Assembly: GCA_964016885.1 (NCBI GenBank)
Contig: OZ024743.1
Location: forward strand, 277,140,001-277,204,000
Length of the DNA: 64,000 nucleotides
Origin: Eledone cirrhosa
Taxonomy: Eukaryota
Direction: 5' to 3'
A model generated the notes under the pieces. It was not told the origin of the DNA and searched no databases. It was given only the letters and a program-made list of their open reading frames with translations. This document shows positions 1 through 12,712 of the stretch, one piece after another; the stretch's first letter is position 1; each line of letters opens with the position of its first letter. The position numbers and the translations under genes were made by a program.

Positions 1-2445
1 CATAGCTATCACACAGAGGAAAACCGCCTCTCCTTCGTTTTTGAAAGGGGGAGGCGGTTTGATCGTGACAATGTGGTCAACCGGATTGGTCCCACCCACG
101 ACAGTAGTCGTTCCACATAGCCCCACAGGTCAGCAACGCCCGGGCAGTGTATGAATGCGTGTGCGACGGTTTCCTCGTCACGCACAGATCTCGGATAGAC
201 CTTCTTCGAGGGGTCCCTACCCGGGCGCCCGTGTCTGTAGAGCTTGTCCCGAACGGGTAGAGCTCCTCGGTAGCATTGCCAAACCAGGGACTTTTGGAAG
301 TTGTCCATCGGTCCCGGGCCAAACGTCCTACCGAACCGACTAGCTAGCTCGTCTTCGTCCATGCCCAGAGCCTCTCCGAGAGCGTCGTCGCACTTACTGC
401 GCACCAACCCTCTATAGAATGTTGAGGTTGAGTCTCCACTGATTGCCGGATCCGCTTGCCAGAGGGCCTGGAGCGCCTGGGCACATTCAATGTGCCAGTC
501 GCCCACTTTTCTCAGTCTTTGCTTGACCCAGGATTGCAGCTCGGTGAGTGACACGAGTCTCGGAAAGGCTCGCCTCACAAACAGGGCCCGCACCGGCTTA
601 CCAGTGAGGAATACCTGGAGGTGCCGTAGCCTTAATACGTGTCTACGCATCATCAGCCACGGCATCCCCAGCCCTCCGTTCGAAGGGTGTTGACAGCAGA
701 TGGATCTTCTCACCAAAGGAGCCCGCTTCTTCCAAAGGAATCGGAAGAGCGCCCGCTCCATTTTGGCGAGTGTTTTCTCTGGGCAAGGCACGACGGTCAA
801 GCGGTAGTAGATGACGGACGCTATATAAGCGTTCGCCACCTCCGCTCGACCTTTCAGGGATAGTTTGCACTCGGCCCACTTCTGGGCGAGTGCAAACACC
901 CTGCCCGTTACCTCGTCCCAGTTTTTCCCCACCTGGATGTCCGGTCCGAACCAGACCCCGAGCAGCTTCAGCGGTCCTTCCGTCCAGCGTCCGACGATGC
1001 CGTCGGAGTGCATCGGTTTGCCCCTCCATGTTCCGAGTTGCAAACCGACGCACAAGTTCCCGGTTCAGCTTTGCTCCTGTAAACCTTTCGTATTCCTCCA
1101 GTAAGGTGCCGATATGCCCGATTTCCGAGGCGCACGACACCATTACTGTCACGTCATCGGCGTAGGCCGACACCGCTTTCTGCAATCCCGGTTCCAAGGG
1201 GATGCCCTGCAACAGCTCCAGCTTCCGCAGTAGTGGCTCGAGAGCCAGCACATACAGAATGGAGAAGAGAGGACATCCCTGTCGGATGGACTGGTCGGAT
1301 GGACTTGCCGAATCGTGGACTTGTTTCCACTTTTTGCCTCTGTCACTTGGGCCCAGCTAACAGCTTTGGCTCCCTCGTTACCCAGAGCACATATTTTACT
1401 CCTGACAACGCAGCCCTCGTGCTTCGCGTCAAAGAACTGGTCTAGGGCCGTTCTTGACGCCAACACGCCGGCCACGTTGCCACTCCTAATCGCCTCTTCT
1501 ACTCTATCTATTAGTTCTATTCCCTTTCAGTTCTATTCCTATCTGATGCTAATTCCTGACTAAAACCTATCGATTCTATTCTAATTTCTGTCTTGAGAGA
1601 GCCCCACCCCCTGCTGTTGACAATTGCCCCGTCAACCGCTGCTTAACTAGAGTGCTAATCCGCTTACTGTAAGCTTTGTTTGTCGGTAAGGACAAGTTTA
1701 GCTTCCAGTAACCGGGTCCTTGTCTATGGGTTCTATCAAGGTTGACCACTCCGGTCACCAACTTGTGATCCGAATAGTCAACCATGAACATTCGTGGACA
1801 GCTTAATATGTCCCTATCCTTATTTCTAACTAGGAACCTATCTAAGTTCGACCTAGATGTTCCGCTGAGATTAGTCCACGACCACAGTGGCACAGTCGGA
1901 AAATTTAGTCGATATCTATCGGCCAGATCAAATTTGCCGATTAATCGTTTGAGGCTGTTACACCCCCTCTATCGGGACATGCCTCTACATAGTCCCAACG
2001 TGCATCCAGGATACCATTCCAGTCCTCCACTAAAAGCAAGGAGCGAGACGTTCCCAGAAAAGTCTGCAGGCGTCGGAAGAAGTCCGGTCGCGGTGTCCCA
2101 GATGGGGCATACGCTGCCATCAGCCTGAAGGATCCACTTTTACTACTGCCGACGTCTAGAACCACCAGTCGACCCTCCGGGTCCAGGTGTACCTTCTGTG
2201 TGGAAAGACCCAGGTGTTTTCGCAGCAGAACGACAATCCCACCCCCACCTCTCGGCTGACAGAGAGATGCGTAGATCTCAAAGTCGTCGAACATGGGGGG
2301 CCAGTTGGCGCTCGCTGCTGATCCTGGACTCGCAAATAGCCATTACATCCACTCTGTGCGACCTGAGGTCATTTAAGAGTTTACCCTATTTCCAGGACAT
2401 CCCCAGGCCGCGTGCATTCACACATCCAACTCTTATATTGGCCAT
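1..2445 (-). pseudogene. ORF2 (APE endonuclease-reverse transcriptase) of Tx1 copy A, with frameshifts and an RT deletion
   Basis: ORF pieces 1941-2294, 1576-1893, 1149-1475, 643-1251 and 9-1055 match the ORF2 pieces of copy B. The N-terminal part of the RT is missing at about 1290-1310. Confidence 0.9.
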
Positions 2446-2486
2446 GTTAGTGTTGAAGAGTTAAAAGGAAGAGGAAAGGAAATTAC

Positions 2487-4262
2487 TTACCTCTTCGTCT
2501 CCTGGTGACCAGGCTGCACAATTTCCATGGGGGTGTTGGAAGGGTTGTTTGGTGGGGTGGTGGTTTGTGGTGGGGTGAGGACATCAGTGTGTGGTGGGGT
2601 TGGGGTGTTTGGTGGGGTGTGGGTGTGTGGTGTGGTGGTGGGGAAACATCTCAATAGGACGCGGTTAAGTGGTTTGGTGCAGGTGGGCCCCACATCCATT
2701 GGATAGTTCTTTTTCAGAGTTACATAGGTTTCCGTTGGGACCCTAATCATCGTTAGGTGCGGTTTGTCCGCTGCGTAGGTGAAAGTAATCCCTTCGGTTT
2801 CCATCGAAGGGTTATTGTCTAATGCTTTCATCAAAGTTTTATTGTTCTTGTTAATGTATGTATAGTGTTTTTGTTGTGTTTGCTTTTGTTTGTTGTTCAT
2901 GTTTGAGTTTTGTAGTATGTGTTATGTTTTCGGGAGGGGTGGGCTTTTTTGTTTGTGATGTTTGTTCTGTTTGTGCTGCATTTTTGTTAATGTGGTGCCT
3001 TTTTTTCCTTTTCACATGTTTGAAGGGGTCTCCCTCGTCGTCACTGGGTGACGTTGATATGGAGTCCTCTTCCGTGTTGTTGGAGAGGGGTATATTTTGG
3101 GGTTTTGTTGTGGTTGCTTTTGTATTTATTTTAGGTGGGGAGGGGTTGGGTGGGACAATGTCTTGTGTTGTTATTTTTCCGTGTTGTTGTGGTTGTTATG
3201 GTTGTTGTTGTTGTTGTGGTGGTGGTGGTTGTGCTGTTGTGTTCGGGGTTGGAAGAAGAGCCTTTTTTTTTTACTCGTTAATTGAGGACAGGGAGCCCTC
3301 AGGTGACCCCTGCTTAAGCAGTGGTAACATGACGGCCACCTACCCTCCACTGAAATGTTTATATAGGTTAGCCCGTCCAGAGGCACGCGTTGTGGGATAT
3401 TCTCTATTCGTTCTGGGCTCATTTGCACCAGACTTCTACGCTAGTCCCACCAAATACACCTCCGGAGGACTTTCCTACTAAAAGTATCCTGTCTTCATCA
3501 AAATCAATGAATCCACATAGTATCCACCAAATATTTACATTCGGTGTAATACAGATAATTTTTATTTTTTGTGTCCTTTTTCCCCTGTATGTGGGGAAAA
3601 AGGTGAAACGGGGGGGACACAATGGGTGATACAGAGTATTTTTGTGCTGTTGGCTGGTTATTCATTATCACCGAAATGCTACCAAACAGTTTTCCTTTTT
3701 GTATGAAGGTTATGTCCTTCATTGCATCTTTTAGAACCATTCATTTTCATTTTGTGATAATTGAGCTTGTTTTCTGGCTTTGTTAGATATTGTCCTGAAA
3801 ACCACAGTTTTCAGGACAGCCTCTCTACGTAATATCTGTGGAGAATTGATGCTAAAAGCACCGTTTTCGCCAAAAGTCACGTATTGTTTTGCGTCTTGTA
3901 GTAGTTGTTTTGCATTAGTTATGTCAATTGGCGTGTATAGTTCGTTTTTATTTTACAGTTTGTGCGAACGTTGTTTTGGTGGTGTTGTCTTTTTTGTTGC
4001 TGTTGTTGTTGTCACTGTTGTTGATATTGTTCATGTTTTCCTTGGTGTTGTTATTGTTGCAGTTGTTGGTTGTGGTGTTATTGTCATTGTTGTTGTTGTT
4101 GGTGCTGGTATTATTTACCGGGTTTGGTTCCGTGGTTTCAATATTTTCAACGTTTTTCGATAATGCGAGGGGGGAAGGCTGCAAGCTTTGTACTCCTACC
4201 TTCCCTCCACCACTTTTCTTAGTGGACGTGGCACTCGCTACAGTGTGCGAGGTTGAAATGGC
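2487..4262 (-). pseudogene. ORF1 (gag-like nucleic-acid-binding protein) of Tx1 copy A, frameshifted
   Basis: ORF pieces 3948-4268, 3504-3740, 3171-3428 (CYHCLSRGHLRAPC = CX2CX4HX4C zinc knuckle) and 2487-2900 lie directly upstream of the ORF2 ATG at 2445. Confidence 0.8.
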
Positions 4263-4464
4263 ATCCATTATTGACTACCAAGTCTACACAGTTTTGAGAT
4301 GAAAATTTCGCCCCAAAAAGGGGCGAAAATTAGTTGACTCAACGTCTGACGGCCCAGACAAGGGGTTAAACTAAACAATGCTAACAAATTGAACAATGAA
4401 CTCACAGTTTTTTTAACAATAATCCGTAAAAATCCGGAGCGAAGTAATACACGTCTATATCAAG

Positions 4465-4940
4465 TGGTAATTGATATAGTAAGGAGGTTTGGGAGAGTGT
4501 GTTGTATATTAGATATAGAGCGGGGGTAGAGATTGATGTTTATTGATATATATAGAGGGGCATGGAAGAGAGTTACGTGTAGTAGATATAGAGACTGGGA
4601 GAGTTGGATGTTACTTGATATAGAGAGGAAGGTTGGGGGAGTGTGTTGTATGGTTGATATAGAGAGGTAGATAGTTTGGTATTTAATTGATATGGAGAGG
4701 AAGGCTGGGATACAGTTGCGTGTAGTAGATATAGAGAGGAAGAGAGTTTGGTGTTAATTAATATAGAAAGTGGTTTTGGAGGAGAGCTCCATGTCTTAGA
4801 TATATAGAGAGGGAGAGTTCAGTGTTAATTGATATAGAGAGGGCTATTGGAAGAGAGTTCCGTGTAGTAGATATAGAGAGGTGCAATGTTTGGTTTTAAT
4901 TGATATAGAGAGTGGTATTGGAGGGTAGCTCCATGTAGTA
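4465..4940. repeat. Diverged purine-rich minisatellite built on a recurring GATATAGAGAG motif (alternating units of about 33 and 39 bp)
   Basis: Repeated ttaattgatatagagag / gtagtagatatagagag blocks immediately 5' of Tx1 copy A. Confidence 0.7.
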
Positions 4941-5192
4941 GTGTGTGTTTTGGTAGTTCCTCCCCAAACTACCAAAACACACATCTATTTAGATATCGCT
5001 ACAATTTATAAACATGTTATGTTTATCGCATATCGAAGTCTTCTGAACATTTTAGAATGCAAAGAGCTAAACTAATCACTACAACTAAATTGACTAAATT
5101 TGCCACTTCCCCTCCCCCAGCCCTAATTCAGAAACGCTTCCACCGACCGTGATATATATGTATATATGTATGTATATGTGTACATGTATACC

Positions 5193-5223
<31 letters not shown>

Positions 5224-5672
5224 GGAAAAGAATGAAACGAAATTTCATTTCTCATTCTTATCAGCCGTACTAAGAGTGAGAAATGAAATTTGTTTTCATT
5301 CTTTCCATTTATCGTTTTCGGTGTGCCCGGCCGACTAACTCACTCGATATGCAAATTAGGATACTCAGCCGTTAATATGCATATGGAAAGTATATACTTT
5401 CAGACGTTCAATCATCTGACAGAAAGGTATACGATGATGACCATAGGTAATAAGTTTGAAACTAGTACATCGTTCCTGTGTCAGTGTTGAACAAAAAGGT
5501 GACGTGGTTGCCTAAACACTGTGCGGCGTAATTCGGGCTTTTTGTTTACAAACAAACCGAACATTATAATAAATGTTCGGTAAACTCATACGTACATATA
5601 TATGTGTGCATGTATGTATATATAAACATACTACTGTGCGTCTGTACACATATATGTATGTTCGTATACATA

Positions 5673-5736
<64 letters not shown>

Positions 5737-5814
5737 TGTATATTTGAGAAAAAGGAAAAGAATGACTTCACTTGTAGTGTTAAACATTTTTTATGATTTA
5801 ATCTTATAATATTA

Positions 5815-5985
5815 TCGGTAGAGGTTCGGACGCCATGCTTTGACGCATAGAGTTACGGCCCTTGCCATTCTGAGTTCAAATCCCACCGAGGTTAACTTTG
5901 CCTTTCATCCTTATGGGGTCGATAAAATAAAGTACCAGTAATACACTGGGTAATTGCTTGCCTTGTGCCAAAAGTAGAAACAATT
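5815..5985 (+). mobile_element. tRNA-derived SINE (family A)
   Basis: B box GAGTTCAAATCC, central core ttaactttgcctttcatccttatggggtcgataaaataaagtaccag, tail gccttgtgccaaaagtagaaaca. The same sequence recurs at 56880, 59396 and 61737. Confidence 0.85.
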
Positions 5986-6359
5986 GTAACATTAAATCAT
6001 AAAAAATTGTTAACACTACAAGTGAAGTCATTCTTTTCCTTTTTTTCAAATATACCTAACTGTACCAAGGATCTCACACATTTTCCAATATATATATATG
6101 CGTGACTATGTATACTTATGCATATAACACATGCTTACGCACGTGCTCAAGTATAGCTCTTTTTACAAAACGTTTTTTTCTCCATTTCAGGTAGACGCGC
6201 TCCATTATCCACTTTTCTAACAAACAAATCGTACACAAAACGCCAGCACCAACAGTTTTGCAAGAGATGTCATCCTGAATGGATCTGTTATTTTTATCTA
6301 AAGACATTTTTCCAATTCCATCCCGCCCGTCCCATCAATCTATTTTATTTCTCATTCTT

Positions 6360-6395
6360 TCTTCTGATGAAGGACTAGCGTCCGAAACGTTAAGA
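6360..6395 (+). ncRNA. Minimal type I hammerhead ribozyme motif
   Basis: tctt CTGATGA a ggac-tagc-gtcc GAAA cg TT aaga. Stem I tctt/aaga, stem II ggac/gtcc, palindromic aacgtt stem III of the dimer type. Confidence 0.8.
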
Positions 6396-6480
6396 CCCAC
6401 TTCCTGCTATATCAAGCGTTAAACTAATATATACCTTCCATATACTGTACCGATTGTGTTGTTATTTCTGTTTACCTTTT

Positions 6481-6543
<63 letters not shown>

Positions 6544-6581
6544 TGAGTGCAAGTGCGTGTTAGGATATAGCTATGAATACT

Positions 6582-6626
<45 letters not shown>

Positions 6627-7145
6627 CTAACACACAATCGCCATACATACTTGGATACATACATATTTAAGCAATAAATAACTATTGAACACATTACACT
6701 CTAACCAAAATCCTTTTTTTCTCTTAACCTTCTTCTATTTCATACTTTCTACCCCTTTTTGAATCCCCCCCCCCCTTTCTGTCAAATACAAATGAAAAAA
6801 AATATAGGGAAAATGTCTGGAAAATCCTCAAAGAAAAATTGAAACAAAAAGAATAACGACAAAACCATTTACTTTCATTTCACTTGTATTTCTTTAATTG
6901 AACATACATATATATATAGATATTTATTTATCTAACTCTGTATAAATGTATTTATACATTTATATATCACAATGTATATATATACATATATATATATATA
7001 TATACGCATGTGTGTATTTACATCGATATATTTACTTTTATCTATTGATACTCTTATCTAATTTTAAGTGAAACTATTTTTGATTTTTGCGCGATGTTTC
7101 CACAAACGAAAGATTTGTACTTTGTTTGCCTGCAGTCATGAAATA

Positions 7146-7279
<134 letters not shown>

Positions 7280-7280
7280 T

Positions 7281-7333
7281 GAGATTCTACAGGACTAGAA
7301 CTGTTTCATTCATTAGAAATCATCAGGAATCTC
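7281..7333 (-). ncRNA. Type I hammerhead ribozyme motif
   Basis: Reverse complement: gagattc CTGATGA tttc-taat-gaat GAAA cag-ttctagtc-ctg TA gaatctc. Stem I is 7 bp, stem III acag/ctgt, GUA cleavage triplet. Flanked by (TA)n on both sides. Confidence 0.8.
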
Positions 7334-7411
7334 TCTCTATATATATATATATATTCATATATACGTATATGCACATACATACGTACGTACGTATGTACGT
7401 ATGTATGTATG

Positions 7412-7563
7412 TTATCTCTTTCTCTTAATTTCGAGTATATTTTTTTGACCGGCCACCCTCCTGGTGGCAAGGTTGTAAAAGAAAAGAAATTGTCATCCCT
7501 TGAATCGCAAGAATGTTTTGCAAATTTTGAAGGTGCCAGCTATCGCATCCATTTGTAGACTAT
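7412..7563 (-). mobile_element. 3' end fragment of an R4/Dong-like (RLE) non-LTR retrotransposon inside (TATG)n
   Basis: Encodes SLQMDAIAGTFKICKTFLRFKG* plus 3' UTR. Nearly identical to 16763-17010 and 57751-57905. Confidence 0.8.
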
Positions 7564-7816
7564 GTATGTATGTGTGTATGTATTTGTGTATGTATGTATG
7601 TGTGTGTATGTATTTGTGTATGTATGTATTTATGTATGTATGTATGCATGCATACATATATGTATATATGTATGTTTGTGTGTGTATTGTTTTAATTACT
7701 TTAATTTTCCTATGTCGTTTAATACTATCGCTTACGGAAAACAATATAAGATTCATACTCTGAAGAATATGTGAGAAATCGTATTTGGATGCATGTATAG
7801 ATACATACGTACATAC

Positions 7817-8295
7817 ATGGTGGCTGCCAACTCGTTTTCGAGTACGGCCACTACTTTATATCCATGTAGGAGAACCCCTACCGATGCGCTGAACGAGTGT
7901 GAATTTTTAGTCCAGCCAGCGACTTGAAAAACTCTGGTACAAACACTACACTTGTGACAATCTTTGACACATAATGCTGGGCCCATGGTACCATGTGACG
8001 ACAAGTGCAGAGAGATCTCCAGATATAAAGCAATGCATGTGCCGTGAAGCTTTTATAGTGAGCAAAGGCACTGCACAAAGCCAGTCCCACTCTCTTAACC
8101 AAGATGATATTTACCAAAAATAAGAACAAGTCAACATCATTGGATACCATCAGGGTTGCAGGTGTTATATCAGAGTTTTCCTTCAAAGGGCAAAGGAGTT
8201 CTTAAGAGTCAATGGCCATCCAAAATCACCGGGAGAGATGACCCCTTAGCCTTTGTCAAGGCAGAATTCTAGGAGAAGGAAAACTCTGATATAAC
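7817..8295. mobile_element. Rearranged copy of the roughly 550-bp repeat at 55668-56226 (putative non-autonomous RTE-related element)
   Basis: 7817-8184 is the reverse complement of about 55860-56226, and 8185-8295 matches about 55768-55878 in direct orientation. Flanked by (TACA)n. Confidence 0.7.
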
Positions 8296-8479
8296 ATACA
8301 TACATACATACATACATACATACATACATACATACATACAAACATACATATATACATACATACATACATACATACATATAAACGTACTTGCAGACATATA
8401 TATGTAAGTGTTAAACTAATATATTTCTTCCTTGTAACGTGTTGCTTGCTTGGTTGTTACCATTTAATTTTTGCATATA

Positions 8480-8516
<37 letters not shown>

Positions 8517-8547
8517 TCATACATACACACACAAATATATATATATA

Positions 8548-8624
8548 CAGGGTGTCCCAAAAATGTATACACTCTTCAATAGCATTCTAATCAAATTATG
8601 TATACATTTTGGGGGAACACCCTG
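8548..8624. mobile_element. Tc1/mariner-type MITE
   Basis: TIRs cagggtgtcccaaaaatgtataca / tgtatacattttgggggaacaccctg, with TA on both flanks. Confidence 0.75.
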
Positions 8625-8732
8625 TATGTGAACGCGAGTGTTTGTTTTATATTTTGTATGAAGGTTTTTTTTTGTTCATATTTCGTATGAGTTCTTTGCA
8701 ATTTGTTTACATCGGTATGATTCACGAAGGTA

Positions 8733-8775
8733 TCGACAACGTTTCTAGACCTTCATAGTCCCATCATCAGATTGA
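8733..8775 (-). ncRNA. Minimal hammerhead ribozyme motif (slightly degenerate)
   Basis: Reverse complement: tcaat CTGATGA tg-ggac-tatgaag-gtct-a GAAA cg TT gtcga. Core intact; stem I has one mismatch. Confidence 0.6.
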
Positions 8776-9309
8776 ATGAATGTGGTCGTGTGGTGTCTCT
8801 TCATTAAAGCTAGGGGCAACAGTAGTAATGATTTTACCGCCCAAGTATGCAAAATTTGAGCGTTCTATTTGTCACTAATATGTCAGCAACCTTATATTTG
8901 TAGGTTATCTGCGCATTTATTTTAGGGTTGTGCTGTATTTCATCCATCAATTGCGTATTAAGGATGAGGATGACTGGGATGGAACTAAGAGCCCCAAATA
9001 TTTAGAGGGCCTGAAATGAATACTTTTGCAACCATAAATAATATATAAATATAATAAATCAGCATTTTAACGGTGGTGGCGATGGTAGGGGTGTTGGTGG
9101 TAATGGTGGTAGTAGTGGTGATGGCGGCTATGATAGTGTAGGTGGTAGTAGTGGTGGTGTTGTTGTTGATGGTGGTAATAGTAGTGGTGGTGATGGGGCA
9201 TGTGGTTAGGCAGTAGTAGTATATATAGTGTTGGGCATGGTGGTAGTCGCAATGGTGTCTGTAGCAGTAGTGGTGTTCGTGGGGGCGGTGGTGATTGTGA
9301 CATTGGTTG

Positions 9310-11240
9310 TGGTAGTGGTGATGGTGTTGGCAGTGGTAGTGGTGACGGTGTTGGCAGTGGTAGTAGTGACGGTGTTGGCAGTGGTAGTGGTGATAGTGTT
9401 GGCAGTGGTAGTGGTGATGGTGTTGGCAGTGGTAGTGGTGATGGTGTTGGCAGTGGTAGTGGTGACGGTGTTGGCAGTGGTAGTAGTGACGGTGTTGGCA
9501 GTGGTAGTGGTGATAGTGTTGGCAGTGGTAGTGGTGATGGTGTTGGCAGTGGTAGTGGTGATGGTGTTGGCAGTGGTAGTGGTGACGGTGTTGGCAGTGG
9601 TAGTAGTGACGGTGTTGGCAGTGGTAGTAGTGACGGTGTTGGCAGTGGTAGTGGTGATGGTGTTGGCAGTGGTAGTGGTGATAGTGTTGTCAGTGGTAGT
9701 GGTGATGGTGTTGGCAGTGGTAGTGGTGATGGTGTTGGCAGTGGTAGTGGTGATAGTGTTGGCAGTGGTAGTGGTGATAGTGTTGGCAGTGGTAGTAGTG
9801 ACGGTGTTGGCAGTGGTAGTGGTGATAGTGTTGGCAGTGGTAGTGGTGATGGTGTTGGCAGTGGTAGTGGTGATAGTGTTGGCAGTGGTAGTAGTGACGG
9901 TGTTGGCAGTGGTAGTGGTGATAGTGTTGGCAGTGGTAGTGGTGATGGTGTTGGCAGTGGTAGTGGTGATGGTGTTGGCAGTGGTAGTGGTGATGATGTT
10001 GGCAGTGGTAGTGGTGATGGTGTTGGCAGTGGTAGTAGTGACGGTGTTGGCAGTGGTAGTGGTGATAGTGTTGGCAGTGGTAGTGGTGATAGTGTTGGCA
10101 GTGGTAGTGGTGATGGTGTTGGCAGTGGTAGTAGTGACGGTGTTGGCAGTGGTAGTGGTGATGGTGTTGGCAGTGGTAGTGGTGATGGTGTTGGCAGTGG
10201 TAGTGGTGATAGTGTTGGCAGTGGTAGTGGTGATGGTGTTGGCAGTGGTAGTAGTGACGGTGTTGGCAGTGGTAGTAGTGACGGTGTTGGCAGTGGTAGT
10301 GGTGATAGTGTTGGCAGTGGTAGTGGTGATGGTGTTGGCAGTGGTAGTGGTGATGGTGTTGGCAGTGGTAGTGGTGATGGTGTTGGCAGTGGTAGTGGTG
10401 ATAGTGTTGGCAGTGGTAGTAGTGACGGTGTTGGCAGTGGTAGTGGTGATGGTGTTGGCAGTGGTAGTAGTGACGGTGTTGGCAGTGGTAGTAGTGACGG
10501 TGTTGGCAGTGGTAGTGGTGATGGTGTTGGCAGTGGTAGTGGTGATGGTGTTGGCAGTGGTAGTGGTGATGGTGTTGGCAGTGGTAGTGGTGATGGTGTT
10601 GGCAGTGGTAGTGGTGATAGTGTTGGCAGTGGTAGTGGTGATGGTGTTGGCAGTGGTAGTGGTGATTGTGTTGGCAGTGGTAGTGGTGACGGTGTTGGCA
10701 GTGGTAGTGGTGATGGTGTTGGCAGTGGTAGTGGTGATGGTGCTGGCAGTGGTAGTGGTGATAGTGTTGGCAGTGGTAGTGGTGATGGTGTTGGCAGTGG
10801 TAGTGGTGATTGTGTTGGCAGTGGTAGTGGTGACGGTGTTGGCAGTGGTAGTGGTGATGGTGTTGGCAGTGGTAGTGGTGATAGTGTTGGCAGTGGTAGT
10901 GGTGATGGTGTTGGCAGTGGTAGTAGTGACGGTGTTGGCAGTGGTAGTGGTGATGGTGTTGGCAGTGGTAGTGGTGATGGTGTTGGCAGTGGTAGTGGTG
11001 ATGGTGTTGGCAGTGGTAGTGGTGATGGTGTTGGCAGTGGTAGTGGTGATGGTGTTGGCAGTGGTAGTGGTGATGGTGTTGGCAGTGGTAGTGGTGATAG
11101 TGTTGGCAGTGGTAGTGGTGACGGTGTTGGCAGTGGTAGTGGTGATGGTGTTGGCAGTGGTAGTGGTGATAGTGTTGGCAGTGGTAGTGGTGATGGTGTT
11201 GGCAGTGGTAGTGGTGATGGTGTTGGCAGTGGTAGTGGTG
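9310..11240. repeat. 24-bp GT-rich minisatellite (ggtagtggtgatggtgttggcagt)n, about 80 units
   Basis: Direct tandem units with a few recurring variants (gat/gac, ggt/agt). Flanked by degenerate (GGT/AGT)n. Confidence 0.95.
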
Positions 11241-11732
11241 GATTAGGTGCATGATGGTAGTGGTAGCAATGTAGAAGGTGGGGATTATGATGGTAGTTTT
11301 AGTGCTAGTATTAGTGGCTGAAGTGGTGATGACATCGGTGGTAGCGTGACAATTGTGACAATGGTGACGGTAGCAGTGGTGGTAGTGGTAGTGGTGGTAG
11401 TTGTAGTGGTGGTTGTGGTAGCGGTGGTGTTGATGGTAGCGGTAGGGTTGGTGGTAACAGTGGTGTGGGTCGTAGTGGGGGAATTGTGATGTTAAGAGAG
11501 GTAGCATTAACAGCAATGGTGCCAATGCCGGAAATTTTGGTTGCGGCGAAGAAAAAGACAACTGTATGGTGGTAGTGGCAATGGTAACAATGGTGGCAGT
11601 GGTTATAGTGGGGGTAGTGGAGAGAAGTGTGTATGATGAGAGGTGGGGTGGGTCCATGTTCTTAATCCTTGCATAAAACTAAAGTTGATAGTTTAAATGC
11701 ACTCTCAAAGTCTGCAAGTCAAAGCTGGCCTA

Positions 11733-11775
<43 letters not shown>

Positions 11776-11936
11776 ATATATATAAAATATATTTCAAATA
11801 TATATTAAATATATATATATATATATATATATATTTATTATATATTTGATATATATTTGATATATATATATATATATAATATATATATATTATATATATA
11901 TATATATATATATTTATTATATATATATATATATAT

Positions 11937-12104
<168 letters not shown>

Positions 12105-12129
12105 ATATAATATAATATATATACATACA

Positions 12130-12227
<98 letters not shown>

Positions 12228-12354
12228 TGTTTCTTTATTCATTTATTTATTTGTATATTTGTTATCTTGAAATAAAGAAATAAATAATAAAAATAGTAAC
12301 GTTAGAAAATTTCACCTTGACTGCTGCTGCACCTGTTGTCAGTTTCAAACTTGG

Positions 12355-12374
12355 ATAACAACAAAAACAGTCGC

Positions 12375-12427
<53 letters not shown>

Positions 12428-12712
12428 CTGTAGCAACAACAACTGTAGCAACAGCAGCAACAAAAACAACTGCAACCAGAACAACACGAACAACAACAAG
12501 AATAACAACCGCAATAATAATAACATCAACAACAACAATAACAACCACAACAACAACAAAAGGAGTCACAAAAACCTCACTAACAGCAGCAACAACAACA
12601 GCAACAATATCAACCGATATCACAACAACAACATCACTAAAAGTATTAACAACAGTGACAGCGATAACAACAGCAATAACTACAGTAATAACAACAACTA
12701 CAACAACAACTT
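12355..12712. repeat. (AAC)n microsatellite and degenerate derivative
   Basis: Long aacaacaac run and variants. Confidence 0.9.

Larger units (their letters stand above)
1..4460 (-). mobile_element. Tx1/L1-clade non-LTR retrotransposon, copy A (ORF1 + ORF2, degenerate, internally deleted, 3' end cut by window edge)
   Basis: Minus-strand fragments encode an APE endonuclease (LLLVEDWNGILD, SNLDRFLV, YSDHKLV, GPGYWKLN), RT (SAYADDVTV, KLLGVWF, GGLGMP) and a C-terminal zinc-finger-like region (EETVAHAFIHC). An upstream ORF1 has a CCHC knuckle. Colinear with the copy at 25023-28767. Confidence 0.92.

Noticed and set aside
7752-7795. CTGAAGA...GAAA motif as a further hammerhead
   Set aside because: Stems I and II do not pair convincingly.
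9310-11240. CRISPR-like array
   Set aside because: The units are contiguous with no unique spacers, there are no cas genes, and the context is eukaryotic.
9200-11254. 684-aa GSGSGDGV-repeat ORF resembling a silk or adhesive protein, plus overlapping poly-Val and His-rich ORFs
   Set aside because: It is a by-product of a 24-bp minisatellite that is open in several frames on both strands, with no signal peptide or unique domain.
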